Source: Armatimonadota bacterium (GTDB taxonomy: Bacteria > Armatimonadota > UBA5829 > DTLH01). Taken from it: 64,000 nucleotides of DNA. A program made the translations under genes and the position numbers. Below the pieces are notes generated by a model. The model ran no database searches. It was not told the origin of the DNA and saw only the letters and a program-made list of their open reading frames with translations. The stretch lies in the NCBI GenBank assembly GCA_039679675.1, contig JBDKUN010000022.1:1-64000 (forward strand), in the 5' to 3' direction. Within the stretch, counting starts at the first letter, position 1, and each line of letters starts with the position of its first letter. Of this stretch, positions 39,290 through 48,526 are shown one piece after another.

Positions 39290-40540
39290 ATGGTTCAGGA
39301 TAACCTCGTTCAATTTTTACCGTCCGATCTAAATAGCGCGCTTCAACAGACAATAAGCCCTGGAGAAGCCACACTTATATCACTTCCCGGCGCGATGGGA
39401 GAAGCGCTGGCTGTCACCAACAGCCGGATAGCCGTAGTAAAAGACAAGGGACCGACCGAAGGCATAGAGGTATTTTCGTACCCATTGGTCAAAGTGACGG
39501 ATGTAGAGCTCGGCACATCGGCCACTGGAGGAATGCTTATCATAAAATCTCCGGGAAAAGCAGCAGATGAAAAACGCACAGTGTACTTTTCGTCGTATGA
39601 CAGAGCGAAATTCGAGTCTGCCACCGAAAAGATCAAAGAATTGGTCTCCGTAGCTGAAACGGCAGCTAACGGAGGGCGCATATCTACCGCTGCCGCTCCG
39701 GTTGCTGTAAATTCTACCGCTTCTGCTTCTTCGTCCGGCATCCAGAAACTGGTATGCAGTTCGTGCGGTTGTGAGCTGGATGCGCATAATGCGTTTTGTC
39801 CCTCGTGCGGTGCTAATGTCCAGGATATCTGCCAGGTATGCTCTGGAGCGATTCCAGCTGGAGCTAACTACTGCCCGTCCTGTGGTTCTGAAGCGAAAAC
39901 CGTTGCACTCACATGCCCTGCCTGCGGCAAACGCGTTAATTCATCGGTTATGTCCTACTGCCCGCACTGCGGGACTTCGCTTTCACCCAAATGCGCTTCC
40001 TGCGGCGCCGCGATTATCATAGGCTGGCCGCGCTGCCGTTACTGCGGACGAGAGATAGGCTCGGAGAACATGTATAGAGGGATGTATGCGCAGCGCCAGC
40101 GTGAGCTTGAAGAGCAGGCAAATGCCCCCTCCCCCGTGGATAAAACAAGCGAAGAAGCGTATGTCGAAGAAAAGCAGTCCCCTGCTGATTTTCATAACGC
40201 TAAAGGCGCGGAGTTGTTCGAAGATGATAAGATCAACGAAGCCATAGATGAGTTCCGAAGCGCAGTGGCACTTGAGCCTAATAACTACTCATACCACTGC
40301 AACCTTGCAGCAGCGTATGACGAAGCCGGACAGTCCGACGACGCAAGACGGGAATACGAGCGTACTCTCGAACTGAATCCTAACGAAACGACTGCACTTC
40401 TGTATCTGGGTTATCTGCTTAACGAACAGGAAGATTCCGAACGAGCCGCAAGTCTGTGGAAGCGGGTAATCGAAGTCGCTCCGGGCACACCTGAAGCAGA
40501 AGAAGCCCAACAGAACCTTAGTGCCCAAGGATCGTTATAG
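39290..40540 (+). CDS. PH-like / multiple zinc-ribbon / TPR protein
   Basis: Eight CxxC motifs; C-terminal TPRs. Confidence 0.8.
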   Translation: MVQDNLVQFLPSDLNSALQQTISPGEATLISLPGAMGEALAVTNSRIAVVKDKGPTEGIEVFSYPLVKVTDVELGTSATGGMLIIKSPGKAADEKRTVYFSSYDRAKFESATEKIKELVSVAETAANGGRISTAAAPVAVNSTASASSSGIQKLVCSSCGCELDAHNAFCPSCGANVQDICQVCSGAIPAGANYCPSCGSEAKTVALTCPACGKRVNSSVMSYCPHCGTSLSPKCASCGAAIIIGWPRCRYCGREIGSENMYRGMYAQRQRELEEQANAPSPVDKTSEEAYVEEKQSPADFHNAKGAELFEDDKINEAIDEFRSAVALEPNNYSYHCNLAAAYDEAGQSDDARREYERTLELNPNETTALLYLGYLLNEQEDSERAASLWKRVIEVAPGTPEAEEAQQNLSAQGSL

Positions 40541-40547
40541 GTAAGAT

Positions 40548-41030
40548 ATGGTAGTAGAAAATCTAAGAACAGCTGGCGGCTCCACTGTAGTGGATGTCCT
40601 GATCGAACAATTGAAGGAAGCGCAGGACTTACCGCTTCCTTCCTACGCTACAGCGGGGTCCGTCGGAATGGACCTCTTCGCCGCGGTGACTCAGGAGCTT
40701 TCTCTGATGCCGGGAGAACGGACTCTGGTCCCAACAGGCATACGTATCGCTGTTCCTGATGGATACGAAGCCCAGATCAGGCCCAGAAGCGGTCTGGCGG
40801 TCAAACACGGACTTTCTCTGGTCAATTCGCCGGGAACTATCGATTCAGACTATCGCGGACAGGTGCAAGTGGTTATAATCAACTTGGGGAGCGAAGCAAT
40901 AATCATCCGTCGCGGCGACAGGATCGCGCAGATGGTCATCTGCCCCGTCATTCGTGCCAGGCTCGTCAAATCCACTAGCCTGCCGGAGACAACCAGGGGA
41001 GAAGGAGGCTTCGGGCATACTGGCGTATGA
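40548..41030 (+). CDS. dut: dUTP diphosphatase
   Basis: [35 protein letters not shown]. Confidence 0.96.
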   Translation: MVVENLRTAGGSTVVDVLIEQLKEAQDLPLPSYATAGSVGMDLFAAVTQELSLMPGERTLVPTGIRIAVPDGYEAQIRPRSGLAVKHGLSLVNSPGTIDSDYRGQVQVVIINLGSEAIIIRRGDRIAQMVICPVIRARLVKSTSLPETTRGEGGFGHTGV

Positions 41031-42064
41031 AAACTTGCGATGCTTGTAAAGTAGTCGTAGATGAAGAATTACTATTCTGCCCAAAGTGCGGCCAATCGCT
41101 GAGGAATGGGACGGACGATGATCTGTCACGGGCAGTTTCACAACTGCTTGCGGAGGCCAGTCTGAACCGAACCAAGGGAGAGCTGGACGCCGCCCTCGAC
41201 AAATGCACTGAAGCGCTCAAGCTTATGCCTGATAACCCCGATACTTATTCCCTGCTGGGCGACATTTACGAAAGCAAGGGTAATTTCGAGGAAGCGGTCA
41301 AATGGTATCAGATGGCAATCGACATCAAGCCAAAAAGCTCACTGGACGCAGCGAAACTGGAGCAAGTCGAGGCGCTTCTTCAGAAAAGCAGGCAGGAGCG
41401 CATGGAAAACATCACTGGAGGATGGCTGCTGGGCGACACAAAGCGAAACACCAGCCTCAGCAGGATTGTCTCCTTCAGCGTTATTGCAGTGCTTGTTCTG
41501 GCTGTGTTCGGAATGACCTCTCTTTTTATGAAATACCGCGCAGAACAATCGAAACCGGCTGAAAAACCGCCGCATACTGAACAAACGGCTGTAAAGCACC
41601 AGGAAGAGATGCAGACACCTCCGCCTCCGACCTCAACGGAGGCCGATCCGCAGGTTATTGCGAGACCGATAGCAGAGCAGCGGATTCTTACCAGCCTTGC
41701 AACAAACCCGGCTATTCTTTCTCACAAGTTAATCATGGAAGATGTCAGGTTCGACCCACGCACGGAAGTGTTGACGCTGACAATAAGATTATCCGGTTCA
41801 AAAAAGCCTCTGACCAGGGCCAGCATGCTTAAATACGCCGCCATTGCAGCGTCAGCCACGTTTGCAGCAAGTCCGAGTACAGCCAGAGTGGAAATAAGAT
41901 CGCTCGTGGAGTATCAGACAAAGATCAGCCCCAGAGAACCAAAGCTGGAGCTCATAACAGATGTGACGAGACACATAAGCGGACTTGACCTGAGCCATGT
42001 ATCTGCCAAACAGTTGGAAAAATCCTTTGCCCGCACCTGGTGGGGGCCCGAACTGCCGCAGTAG
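41027..42064 (+). CDS. Zinc ribbon-TPR-TM protein
   Basis: CDAC/CPKC, TPRs, one TM, extracytoplasmic domain; ATGA overlap with dut. Confidence 0.75.
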   Translation: MKTCDACKVVVDEELLFCPKCGQSLRNGTDDDLSRAVSQLLAEASLNRTKGELDAALDKCTEALKLMPDNPDTYSLLGDIYESKGNFEEAVKWYQMAIDIKPKSSLDAAKLEQVEALLQKSRQERMENITGGWLLGDTKRNTSLSRIVSFSVIAVLVLAVFGMTSLFMKYRAEQSKPAEKPPHTEQTAVKHQEEMQTPPPPTSTEADPQVIARPIAEQRILTSLATNPAILSHKLIMEDVRFDPRTEVLTLTIRLSGSKKPLTRASMLKYAAIAASATFAASPSTARVEIRSLVEYQTKISPREPKLELITDVTRHISGLDLSHVSAKQLEKSFARTWWGPELPQ

Positions 42065-42140
42065 TGTAGAATACAGGATTTGGAGGAGTTGGTGAATATT
42101 TATATCATCTTTCCTGAATTCCCAATTCTTCTGTTCTCTG

Positions 42141-43400
42141 TCACCTATTCCCTGTTTCCTTCGACCGAATATACTCCAGCAATGACAGTGCGTTCTTATT
42201 GCGCGGGTCCATCTTGAGCACGGCATTCAGCTCGGCCTTCGCCAGACTGTAGTCATCACGCCGGACAAAGATCGAAGCAAGGTACAGATGAGGGTCCAGT
42301 TGATCCGGTTTGAGCTTGCATGCTCTGTGGAATGAGGTCGCGGCATCCCGGTACCGCTCCCGATCCAGCATGTCCCGGCCACGGCGCATTTCATCGTTAT
42401 ACCTTTCACTAGCCGATATTTTGAGCGCATCGACTGCCGAAGCGGACGAAGATACAGTCGCAAGCGATTCAAACTCGCGTTCTACTGCCACTGTATGCGA
42501 TACAAGCCAGCCGACTCCTCCGATCGCGCCCAGAACAATAACAAGCGCTGCTACCAGAACCGGGTTCGGATGCTCTCGTTTATGGAGTTCGCCGGAAGCC
42601 GGGCTATGGGCTTTGATTGCATCGACCTCGGCCACTATCGCTTCGCAGCTCTCAGGCCTTAGATCAGGGCTCTTCGCGAGCATTTTCATAACCAGCGCGG
42701 CGAGCCTTTCGGGGATAGCATGGTTCAGCTTATCCACCGGCTCAGGTTCGGACGATATATGCCTGAACAGCGTGTCTGACACGCTGCCTTCGGAAAACGG
42801 CGGTCGGCCTGTGAGCATCTCGTAGAAGACCACGCCAAGGGAGTATATATCCGACTGTGGTGTTGCCGGAAGCCCGCGCGCTTGTTCCGGTGACAGATAC
42901 TCCGGCACTCCGACAACTGTTCTTCCGCCCTGCTCACCGGGTTTGCTTCCGATGAAATCCCCGACTACGACGCGCCCGTTCGGCGCCAGCATAATATTTC
43001 GTGGGTTCAGGTCACCGTGTACGACTCCCGCTCGATGCGCATAGTCCAGAGCGGCCGCGATCTGTCCGGCTATGGAAACCGCTGCATCGGCCTTAATCCG
43101 ACGCTCTTCTAAAATCGCCCTATCCAGCGTCTTGCCTTCAAGACACTCCATCACAACAAAATAAGTGCCTGAATCGCAGCCGTAGCAGTGTGTGCGGACA
43201 ATGTTCGGGTGGTCCAGCTTTACCGCGACGCGTGCTTCTTCGATAAACCATTGGGATTCGTCCGATGTGGCAGACTGAAGCAACTTGATCGCAACGATCC
43301 TGTCGTATTCTGTCTGTACAGCCTTATAAACAGACCCGAATCCACCTTTGCCGATGGCTTCTGTAAGCCTGCATCCCCCTATTTCGGAACCTATCATCAC
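42141..43400 (-). CDS. Hanks-type Ser/Thr protein kinase with TM and TPR
   Basis: GKGGFGSV, VAIK, HGDLNPRN, YLSPEQ, SDIYSLG. Confidence 0.88.
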   Translation of the reverse strand: MMIGSEIGGCRLTEAIGKGGFGSVYKAVQTEYDRIVAIKLLQSATSDESQWFIEEARVAVKLDHPNIVRTHCYGCDSGTYFVVMECLEGKTLDRAILEERRIKADAAVSIAGQIAAALDYAHRAGVVHGDLNPRNIMLAPNGRVVVGDFIGSKPGEQGGRTVVGVPEYLSPEQARGLPATPQSDIYSLGVVFYEMLTGRPPFSEGSVSDTLFRHISSEPEPVDKLNHAIPERLAALVMKMLAKSPDLRPESCEAIVAEVDAIKAHSPASGELHKREHPNPVLVAALVIVLGAIGGVGWLVSHTVAVEREFESLATVSSSASAVDALKISASERYNDEMRRGRDMLDRERYRDAATSFHRACKLKPDQLDPHLYLASIFVRRDDYSLAKAELNAVLKMDPRNKNALSLLEYIRSKETGNR

Positions 43401-44455
43401 TTGTCGGCCTCCACTGGCTTACCGCTCAAATCCAGCATACCGCTGCCATCGGAATGATGCTCAGAAAGCGGCGCAGATTGTTCCGTCTTATGTTTTGGTA
43501 GTGGTATCGTCATCTCTCGATCCGAAGGGACTTTCTCATGGCTCATGACCCGGCCTACCAGATACGCTCCGTTCGCCAGAAGCAGAGCAATGATAAGCGC
43601 CAGGGCAAGGACAGCCCACTGGGGCGGCGTTCTATTGAACCTGGGGAGCTTGACTGGTAATTTGGACGGTTCCCCCTGGCAGCTGATAATCACTGCTGCG
43701 GAGTTGTCGTACCCGCCCGCCCTGTTTGCTGCATATATAAGCCGCGCAGCAGCCTTTTGCATATCGGTTCGGGAGCCTGCAATAACCGAGATGTCCGTTT
43801 CCGACAACATCTCGGTTATCCCATCGGTGCAGAGCACTATTCGGTCGCCGGGGCGGAGGCCCACTGCATCGATGTCGGCCTGTACTGTATCGTTCAGGCC
43901 TATCACCCTGGTGAGCTGCCCACGCCGGTCTGATGTTTCAGCTTCTCTAGCGCTCATCCGCCCTTCACGGACACATTGGGCAACCCATGTGTGGTCTTCC
44001 GTCAACCTGATGATCCTGTCATTGCGGACAAGATATATCCGGCTGTCTCCCACGTGTGCGAAATACATCACATCGCCCGCAATGATAACTGTAGCAAGCG
44101 TCGTGCCCATCCCCGCGCGTCCCGGCCAGCGCGCTGCCTCATCATGGACTTCGGTATTGGCATGGTTGAACGCATCACGCAGGAGCGACGGCCAGTCCGG
44201 GCTTATCTGCCTCGATTGATCGCTCGTGGACACCTTAGCGAACCTGGATGCGAGCACCTGGACAGCGCGTTCACTCGCAGCTTCGCCTGCGGCGTGGCCT
44301 CCCATACCGTCAGCAACTGCGGCGATAAGCCCATATTCCTGCCCCAGCTCACCAGTATATATAAATGTCCTGTAAAAGCATCGGTCCTCATTCGATTCCC
44401 GTACCATACCCGGATTACATGCGCCGCCTGCCCTTATGCTCTCTATGACCTGCAT
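43397..44455 (-). CDS. PP2C/Stp1-family Ser/Thr phosphatase with C-terminal TM
   Basis: RESNED, VADGMGGH, HVGDSR, CTDG, GGYDN; start probably ATG 44455. Confidence 0.92.
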   Translation of the reverse strand: MQVIESIRAGGACNPGMVRESNEDRCFYRTFIYTGELGQEYGLIAAVADGMGGHAAGEAASERAVQVLASRFAKVSTSDQSRQISPDWPSLLRDAFNHANTEVHDEAARWPGRAGMGTTLATVIIAGDVMYFAHVGDSRIYLVRNDRIIRLTEDHTWVAQCVREGRMSAREAETSDRRGQLTRVIGLNDTVQADIDAVGLRPGDRIVLCTDGITEMLSETDISVIAGSRTDMQKAAARLIYAANRAGGYDNSAAVIISCQGEPSKLPVKLPRFNRTPPQWAVLALALIIALLLANGAYLVGRVMSHEKVPSDREMTIPLPKHKTEQSAPLSEHHSDGSGMLDLSGKPVEADK

Positions 44456-44465
44456 TCCGCGATCA

Positions 44466-45272
44466 TCAGCCGGATACGATCGTAACCCGGAACCGTGTGG
44501 ACCCGATCTGGATAATGTCCCCATCGGCCAACTCTCTCTCGTCTATGTCTTGTTCTTCAATCTTGGTGGGATTAGTATGACTCTCGTTTTTGATGATCAG
44601 GCTGCCTTCACTTGCGTCAATCCGCGCATGACTGCGGCTGACAGTCGAATCGTCCGTAAGCTGTACAGTCTGGTTATCATCTCTGCCTATCGTATTCGTT
44701 CCGTTGTAAACTTTGAATACTTCGCCTTTATACGGCCCGCAAAGCGCCACAAGCAGCGCTACCGGATCGTCCCTGAACACCTGGGTTATGATGGGCCGGC
44801 GCTCAAACTCCGGCTCATCGCTCTTCGGCTGATGTTTCTTTGCCGCAGGCCGCGGGACAAGTATCAGGTAGCATAGCGCAACCGCGGAGAGCACCAGCAC
44901 TCCTCCTATTCCGATAAGCACCGAAAGTGCTATACCGGCCTTAACATGCTTGACCTCCAACAGATACGGCTTTGCAGCGGCGTCATCCTGTACGACTATG
45001 CCGACTACATCGATATATGAGTCCAGGTTGGGCGCTATACGCGACTTTATCCTGATGACCTGGTCACTTTGGTCCTGCAGCAGATAGGTTACCCCGCCGG
45101 ATGCCAGCGGGTCGGCTTCTACCTTAGTCACCTGGCCGGACAGCTTGACGCGGACGTCGCGGTACCTTACCGGATTGCCGATGACATCAGCAACCTGCAC
45201 AACCGGCATCGCCATGGCCGGCACGACGCTGATAGCCAGTATCAAAGCTGCAATATATCCAACAGTTCGCAT
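44466..45272 (-). CDS. Membrane FHA-domain protein with OB-like extracytoplasmic domain
   Basis: Signal peptide, TM, IGR...VSRSHA...TNPT FHA motifs; ATG 45272 after GGGGAGG. Confidence 0.85.
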   Translation of the reverse strand: MRTVGYIAALILAISVVPAMAMPVVQVADVIGNPVRYRDVRVKLSGQVTKVEADPLASGGVTYLLQDQSDQVIRIKSRIAPNLDSYIDVVGIVVQDDAAAKPYLLEVKHVKAGIALSVLIGIGGVLVLSAVALCYLILVPRPAAKKHQPKSDEPEFERRPIITQVFRDDPVALLVALCGPYKGEVFKVYNGTNTIGRDDNQTVQLTDDSTVSRSHARIDASEGSLIIKNESHTNPTKIEEQDIDERELADGDIIQIGSTRFRVTIVSG

Positions 45273-45397
45273 AAAGCCTCCCCCTGCTATGGTTATTACA
45301 CAAATAGCCTGCAAGCTAAACGAACGGGAATGCTCTCCGGCATAGAGTTAAAGAAAACGATCCCAGTGGGAATAATACTAATGAGAGGTATATATCC

Positions 45398-45760
45398 ATG
45401 ACGTTTATGAGGGAAAGCTTGATACTGCTTAGCATCGGCTTATGGGACCTGCTGTTCACCCTGCATCTCATGGCTAATCAAAAAGCCTTTGAGGGGAACC
45501 CCCTGATGGCATATTATCTGCAATTTGGAATTGGGGCATTCGTAATCGTGAAACTGGTACTTCTTGTCCTGCCGATATTCATAGCCGAATGGTCCAAGCG
45601 GTACAAGCCGAAATTTGTGAGGCTTATGCTTCGTTGTGCAATTGTGGCGTACGTCGGATCGTATTTAGTAGGGTTTACGCTGGTAAACATCAAGCCTATA
45701 GTGACAGACCGCGATTATATACCTCCGCCGGATGTCCGAATAGCCCGGCAGGTGAAGTAG
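45398..45760 (+). CDS. DUF5658-like small membrane protein
   Basis: D..FT, EGNPLM, three TMs. Confidence 0.65.
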   Translation: MTFMRESLILLSIGLWDLLFTLHLMANQKAFEGNPLMAYYLQFGIGAFVIVKLVLLVLPIFIAEWSKRYKPKFVRLMLRCAIVAYVGSYLVGFTLVNIKPIVTDRDYIPPPDVRIARQVK

Positions 45761-45783
45761 CAGCTAGTTATCAAGTTTTGAAA

Positions 45784-46014
45784 CGCGAAATACGCAAAGA
45801 AGCACGAAAAACGCAAAACTCGACACCTACGGTGTCGGCTTCGGCAGCAAGCAGTCCGAAGCAAAAGGGATTGGTGGAGACTTACCGACAACATCATCCC
45901 GAATAGCTAAACATCATCCCAAGCTATCACAACTCCATCCCGGATGGCCACAACGTCATCCCGAACTTGATTCGGGATCCAGGAAAAATAGGCTCTGAAT
46001 TAAGTTCAGTAACG
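45784..46014. repeat. Repeat cluster (families G, D, 21-nt satellites, A variant)
   Basis: CGCGAAATACGCAAAGAAGCACGAAAAACGC; GCTTCGGCAGCAAGCAGTCCGAAGC; four ACNNCATCCC units; CGTCATCCCGAACTTGATTCGGGATCC. Confidence 0.82.
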
Positions 46015-46042
46015 TAGCTATTGCTCAGAATAACAAAAGAAG

Positions 46043-46240
46043 TCAGACATTCTTCATTATCATAGGTTCGAACTGAATGCCGTTGTCGCCGGGATATGGT
46101 ACAGTATGATCTTTACCCTCAAACCAGATTTCTTCAGGTATACCTTTTGGAAATGCCTTACATCTTCTTGAAAGAGCGCCTATTATATGCTCACACTTTA
46201 CACATTGATTATCAGGTATATCTCGGTCATCTAATAACAT
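46043..46240 (-). CDS. Small Cys/His-containing hypothetical protein
   Basis: AAGGA RBS; CVKC...CKAFPKGIP.EI...H..PYPGDNGIQFEP. Confidence 0.6.
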   Translation of the reverse strand: MLLDDRDIPDNQCVKCEHIIGALSRRCKAFPKGIPEEIWFEGKDHTVPYPGDNGIQFEPMIMKNV

Positions 46241-46331
46241 GGCAGTTTCCTTTGATCAATGTCTGATTTCCATACTTCGGCGCGTTTTTTGCGCCGAAGT
46301 CGCCGCTATCATGTCTAGTCCACCTGTCCGA

Positions 46332-47936
46332 CTATAAATCCAGCTCAGTCTGCTCGCCTTTTCTTACGAGTTTCTTCCCACCGCCGCTTTTCAGCGAGTA
46401 ACCTCTGGGAAAATCGAACTCTTTTTCTTCCTGCAGTTCCTTTATAGTGCGTATTTGCAGCTTAGGTATCTTGCGCCCGCTTGGAGAGTCGAAAAACCCC
46501 AATTCCTCGGCGCTGTCGTACATCCCTTTGGTCGGTGTCTCAAGGCAGATGAAAAACCCCATCGCGGCTTTGTCTCTTTCGATTACGTGAGCGAAGTCCC
46601 GTATTACACTTGGCGTCAGGTGGCCGCCTTTCACCTGGCAGACCGCCCACTGGAGGTTGCCCTGCAAGTCCTGGAAGTAGACTTTGCCGTCTACGCCTCT
46701 GTCTCCTACTTTGTCCGGCTGGGGAACACCAGCCACAAGCCCGACTGCCCATATCTCGAACTGTTTCGGGCTTTCTTCAAAGAGTTTCCGTGCAGAGTAG
46801 GCGTCTTTCGGGTCTCCGAGCACATCATAGTCCTTCCCACGCTTTAGCTCAAAGTCCTTTGCGAGCCTGCTTATCATAAGATCGATGGCAATAAATGTAA
46901 TATCGATACCAATCCAGTGTCTTTCGAGCTTTTCGGCAGCTACAACCGCCGTCCCGCACCCGCAGAACGGGTCGAATACTATGTCACCAGGGTTGGAAGA
47001 AGCATTGATTATTCGCTCCAGAAGCGTAAGCGGCTTTTGAGTGGGGTAGCCCATACGTTCGGCTGCATGCGCGGAAATCGGTTGAATATCATCAAAAATA
47101 TCCTGAAGTGCAATTCCTTTGACTTCATCCAAGAACCGTTTGTATCGAGGCATACCACTGTTTTGAGGCCAATAGATGCGACCTGCCTCATCAAGTATTT
47201 CCAGTGTTTCGATTTTATACTTCCAGTGATTACCCTTAGTTGCTGGGTCAATCCCGCGCCAAGGTTGACCGGACGATCCATTACGAGTTCCAGCAGCAGT
47301 AAGATCACTAAGGGTATATCGACGGCCGTCAGTATCTATATGGCGGTAAAATTTGCTAATATATTCTGAAGTATAGGGTGTGTGTTGGGCATTCCATATG
47401 TGTGGGATGCCTTTTGCATAAAATAGAATGACATCATGAACCGGCCCATACCTTTTTGCCGAACTGTGTGCACTTGTTCGTTTCCATATGATCTCATTTC
47501 TAAAATGTGCTGGACCAAATGTAACGTCGAGCAATATCTTAAGATAATGACTTGCAGCCGGGTCACAATGGAGATAAAAACTTCCGGTAGGTTTCAGTAT
47601 CCGGTGCATTTCCATAAGGCGCGGGGCCATCATGATGAGATAAGCCATCATTTCACTCTGGCCGAGGATTCTGTAGAGAGATTCCATCAGGTCAAAGAGC
47701 TTGGCGTTGCGAGAATCATCGAAAAACTCCTCGTAATGCCGCTTGCTCCACTGCCATGTGTCCGTAAAGGCCGTAATCTGCGCTTGGTTTTCGTCTTTCT
47801 TAGCCTGCTTGAAGAGCACATTGTAGTCTCTTGCAGAGTTGAACGGAGGGTCAAGGTAGATAAAGTCCACTGACTCGTCCGCCATGTGCTCACGCATTAT
47901 CCAAAGGTTATCGCCGTAGTAGAGGGTGTTCTTCAT
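46332..47936 (-). CDS. N6-A/N4-C DNA methyltransferase fused to an Mrr-like endonuclease domain
   Basis: YLDPPF, YPTQKP..LLERII, FDPFCGCGT (beta class); C-terminal D.GVDG...QVK nuclease-like motif. Confidence 0.88.
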   Translation of the reverse strand: MKNTLYYGDNLWIMREHMADESVDFIYLDPPFNSARDYNVLFKQAKKDENQAQITAFTDTWQWSKRHYEEFFDDSRNAKLFDLMESLYRILGQSEMMAYLIMMAPRLMEMHRILKPTGSFYLHCDPAASHYLKILLDVTFGPAHFRNEIIWKRTSAHSSAKRYGPVHDVILFYAKGIPHIWNAQHTPYTSEYISKFYRHIDTDGRRYTLSDLTAAGTRNGSSGQPWRGIDPATKGNHWKYKIETLEILDEAGRIYWPQNSGMPRYKRFLDEVKGIALQDIFDDIQPISAHAAERMGYPTQKPLTLLERIINASSNPGDIVFDPFCGCGTAVVAAEKLERHWIGIDITFIAIDLMISRLAKDFELKRGKDYDVLGDPKDAYSARKLFEESPKQFEIWAVGLVAGVPQPDKVGDRGVDGKVYFQDLQGNLQWAVCQVKGGHLTPSVIRDFAHVIERDKAAMGFFICLETPTKGMYDSAEELGFFDSPSGRKIPKLQIRTIKELQEEKEFDFPRGYSLKSGGGKKLVRKGEQTELDL

Positions 47937-47978
47937 ACTGATTTCTTAGCTCTCAGCGCTAGATTTTCCTTGTCGAAT

Positions 47979-48270
47979 CGCGAAATACGCGAAGAAGCAC
48001 GAAAAACGCGAAAAGGGATTGGCGGAGATATGCACAATCAGCCCCTTCTCACCTTGCGGGAGAAGGTTGGGACGAGGGGTATTCCGGCAGCAAAGCTGCC
48101 GATGGCCGGCACGGAGACCGGCCACTACTTCCGTTAGTGTATGTCGATAGAAAAGCGGAAGCTGGCGCTTCCGCACTCTAAAGAGATTGGTGGAGACTCG
48201 TAGCATAAGAGCAGATGCCGTAACCCTCTACCTTCCGCGTTTCCCATAATTCCGCGTCTCCGCGGTTCAA
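47979..48270. repeat. Repeat cluster upstream of the methyltransferase
   Basis: Family G 47979-48014; CCCCTTCTCACCTTGCGGGAGAAGG hairpin ~48042; GTAG-tagged hairpin 48101-48128 (minus); family B 48143-48201. Confidence 0.8.
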
Positions 48271-48293
48271 AAGCTGATAGCCATACCTGGTAC

Positions 48294-48327
48294 AAAAAAA
48301 AGCCCGCCGGACTACCATCCAACGGGT
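48294..48327 (-). terminator. Intrinsic terminator
   Basis: Minus strand CCCGTTGGA-TGGTAG-TCCGGCGGG-C-T8. Confidence 0.8.
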
Positions 48328-48395
48328 GGAGGGTTTTGCCCTCCGTCGATTTTGCCACAACACTTTAGGAAGGAGAAAAAGATGTTTTTCTCTGG
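48294..48395 (-). ncRNA. Candidate sigma54-dependent small RNA
   Basis: Lies between a consensus sigma54 site and a U8 terminator; three hairpins; no convincing ORF. Confidence 0.5.
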
Positions 48396-48405
48396 TAATA
48401 GGTTT

Positions 48406-48421
48406 TGCAAGATTCGTGCCA
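48406..48421 (-). promoter_or_regulatory. sigma54 (-24/-12) promoter
   Basis: Minus strand TGGCACG-AATC-TTGCA matches TGGCACG-N4-TTGCW exactly. Confidence 0.75.
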
Positions 48422-48526
48422 ATTCGCTTGTTTTCCAAAAAATTAGCCCAGCAATCTTGCAGGGTATTGTGATGGGTTGTTACACATGTTATCGGCAGTA
48501 TAAAACGAGTTCATTAGCCCGTTTTA

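Noticed and set aside
45891..45980. Possible CRISPR array
   Set aside because: Period is only 20-21 nt with ~10-nt fillers, repeats are degenerate, and no cas genes are in the window.
48301..48360. c-di-GMP-I riboswitch (GGCAAA motifs on the minus strand)
   Set aside because: Lacks the GAAA-tetraloop P2 and receptor arrangement; better explained as sRNA hairpins plus a terminator.
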